A stretch of DNA of 64,000 bases. Source: Convolutriloba macropyga (Eukaryota). The position numbers and the translations under genes were made by a program. The notes beneath the pieces were generated by a model, which did not search any database, was not told the origin of the DNA, and was given only the letters and a program-made list of their open reading frames with translations. The stretch is taken from positions 6,510,001-6,574,000 of the forward strand of contig NC_134469.1 in the NCBI RefSeq assembly GCF_964194025.1, written 5' to 3'. Below are positions 62,815-64,000 of the stretch, piece by piece. Position 1 is the stretch's first letter, and each line of letters begins with the position of its first letter.

Positions 62815-64000
62815 AATTTTTATCTGCGCTCGAAAAATGCGCAAATTATTATCAGAGAACAGCAGAGAAAAACGCGCACGCAGACAAAAACGCACACGCA
62901 GACAAAAACGGGCACGCAGAGAAAATGCGCACGCAGAGAAAAAAATATGATTGTAGAGTATGTCCCTACCAGTATTGTCAAGCATCGGTGGTTCAGTGTT
63001 AGAATTGTCGCCTGCCACGCGATAGACCCGAGTTCGATTCCCGGCCGATACAACTTATTATCTGCGCACGAAAAATGCGCAAATTATTATCAGAGAAAGG
63101 CAGAGAAAAATGCGCACACAGAGAAAAACGCGCACGCAGAGGAAAATGCGCACGCAGAAAAAACGTATGGTTATTGAGTATGTCCCTACCAGTATTGTCA
63201 AGCATCGGTGGTTCAGTGTTAGAATTGTCGCCTGCCACGCGATAGACCCGAGTTCGATTCCCGGCCGATACAACTTATTATCTGCGCACGAAAAATGCGC
63301 AAATTATTATCAGAGAAAGGCAGAGAAAAATGCGCACGCAGAGAAAAACGCGCACGCAGAGGAAAATGCGCACGCAGAAAAAACGTATGGTTATTGAGTA
63401 TGTCCCCACCAGTAATTTCAAGCATTGGTGGTTCAGTGGTAGAATTGTCGCCTGCCACGCGATAGACCCGGTTTCGATTCCCGGCCGATGCAACTGATTA
63501 TCTGCGCACGAAAAATGCGCAAATTATTATCAGAGAATAGCAGAGAAAAATGCGCACAAAGAGGAAAATGCGCACGCAGAGAAAAATATGATTATAGAGT
63601 ATGTCCATACCAGCATTGTCAAGCTTCGGTGGTTCAGTGGTAGAAGTGTCACCTGCCACGCGATAGACCCGGGTTCGATTCCCGGCCGATGCAACTGATT
63701 ATCTGCGCACAAAAAATGCGCAAATTATTATCAGAGAATAGCAGAGAAAAATGCGCACGCAGAGAAAAAAAATATGATTGTAGAGTATGTCCTTATCAGT
63801 ATTGTCAAGCAACGGTGGTTCAGTGTTAGAATTATCGCCTGCCATGCGATAGACCCGAGTTCGATTCCGGCCAACGCAACTTATTATCTGCGCACGAAAA
63901 ATGCGCAAATTATTATCAGAGAATAGCAGAGAAAAATGCTCACAGAGAGGAAAATGCGCAAGCAGAGAAAAATATATGATTATACAGTATGTCCATACCA

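Larger units (their letters stand above)
1..64000 (+). repeat. Tandem array (tRNA-derived satellite) of tRNA-Gly(GCC) genes/pseudogenes, ~185-334 bp units, running off both window ends
   Basis: The motif CAAGCATCGGTGGTTCAGTGGTAGAATTGTCGCCTGCCACGCGATAGACCCGGGTTCGATTCCCGGCCGATGCAACTTATTATCTGCGCAC or a variant recurs every ~200-330 bp on the + strand from 262 to ~63878. No unique sequence interrupts it. Confidence 0.98.

Noticed and set aside
86-63908. Hundreds of ORFs (up to 264 aa) with KHRWFSGRIVACHAIDPGSIPGRC and KNAHAE repeats
   Set aside because: They are translations of the tRNA and the 18-bp subrepeat, and appear on both strands in several frames. Unit lengths of 185+18n are not multiples of 3, so frames break nearly every unit.
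1-64000. CRISPR array (repeat-spacer appearance)
   Set aside because: The repeat is a 71-nt tRNA, spacers are homologous to one another rather than unique, and no cas genes are present.
1-64000. Cluster of tRNA-derived SINE insertions
   Set aside because: Strict head-to-tail order with higher-order periodicity, no target-site duplications, no poly-A or simple-repeat tails, and a conserved upstream leader that retroposition would not copy. A SINE-related founder cannot be excluded.
1-64000. Bacterial, phage or organellar tRNA array, or integron cassette array
   Set aside because: Eukaryotic cytosolic tRNA-Gly sequence with A73 and no encoded CCA; a single scaffold; no integrase or attC-like sites.
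1-64000. Whole array as an assembly or sequencing artefact
   Set aside because: Units carry hierarchical, shared diagnostic variants and indels that random error would not generate. Exact copy numbers of near-identical blocks still need read support.

Overview
The whole 64 kb is one uninterrupted, head-to-tail (+ strand) tandem array of eukaryotic tRNA-Gly(GCC)-derived units. I estimate about 280-300 units from 64 kb / ~215 bp; I did not count them exactly. I see no credible protein-coding gene; every ORF is a translation of the repeat. Each unit has three parts: (1) a ~33-bp leader (GATTATAGAGTATGTCCCT-[variable ~10 nt]-TCAA, with TATA at about -30); (2) a 71-nt tRNA, consensus GCATCGGTGGTTCAGTGGTAGAATTGTCGCCTGCCACGCGATAGACCCGGGTTCGATTCCCGGCCGATGCA, with intact Pol III A/B boxes and a full cloverleaf, no intron and no encoded CCA; (3) an A-rich spacer built from an 18-bp subrepeat, giving unit lengths of 185/203/221/239/257/275 bp. 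A minority ~334-bp 'long' unit carries a different spacer that starts with an oligo-T Pol III terminator. Most short units have no T-run after the tRNA. The array is layered like satellite DNA: a diverged left end, an 862/863-bp four-unit higher-order repeat (7.1-13.1 kb), a near-consensus core (~22-42 kb) flanked on both sides by related older layers, and a right-hand subfamily with its own higher-order repeats. Many copies carry switched anticodons (TCC, ACC, GCA, GAA, GAC, GTA and others), some in otherwise intact cloverleaves. The acceptor stem matches the invertebrate-animal form of tRNA-Gly(GCC). The host species and any expression cannot be determined from the sequence alone.
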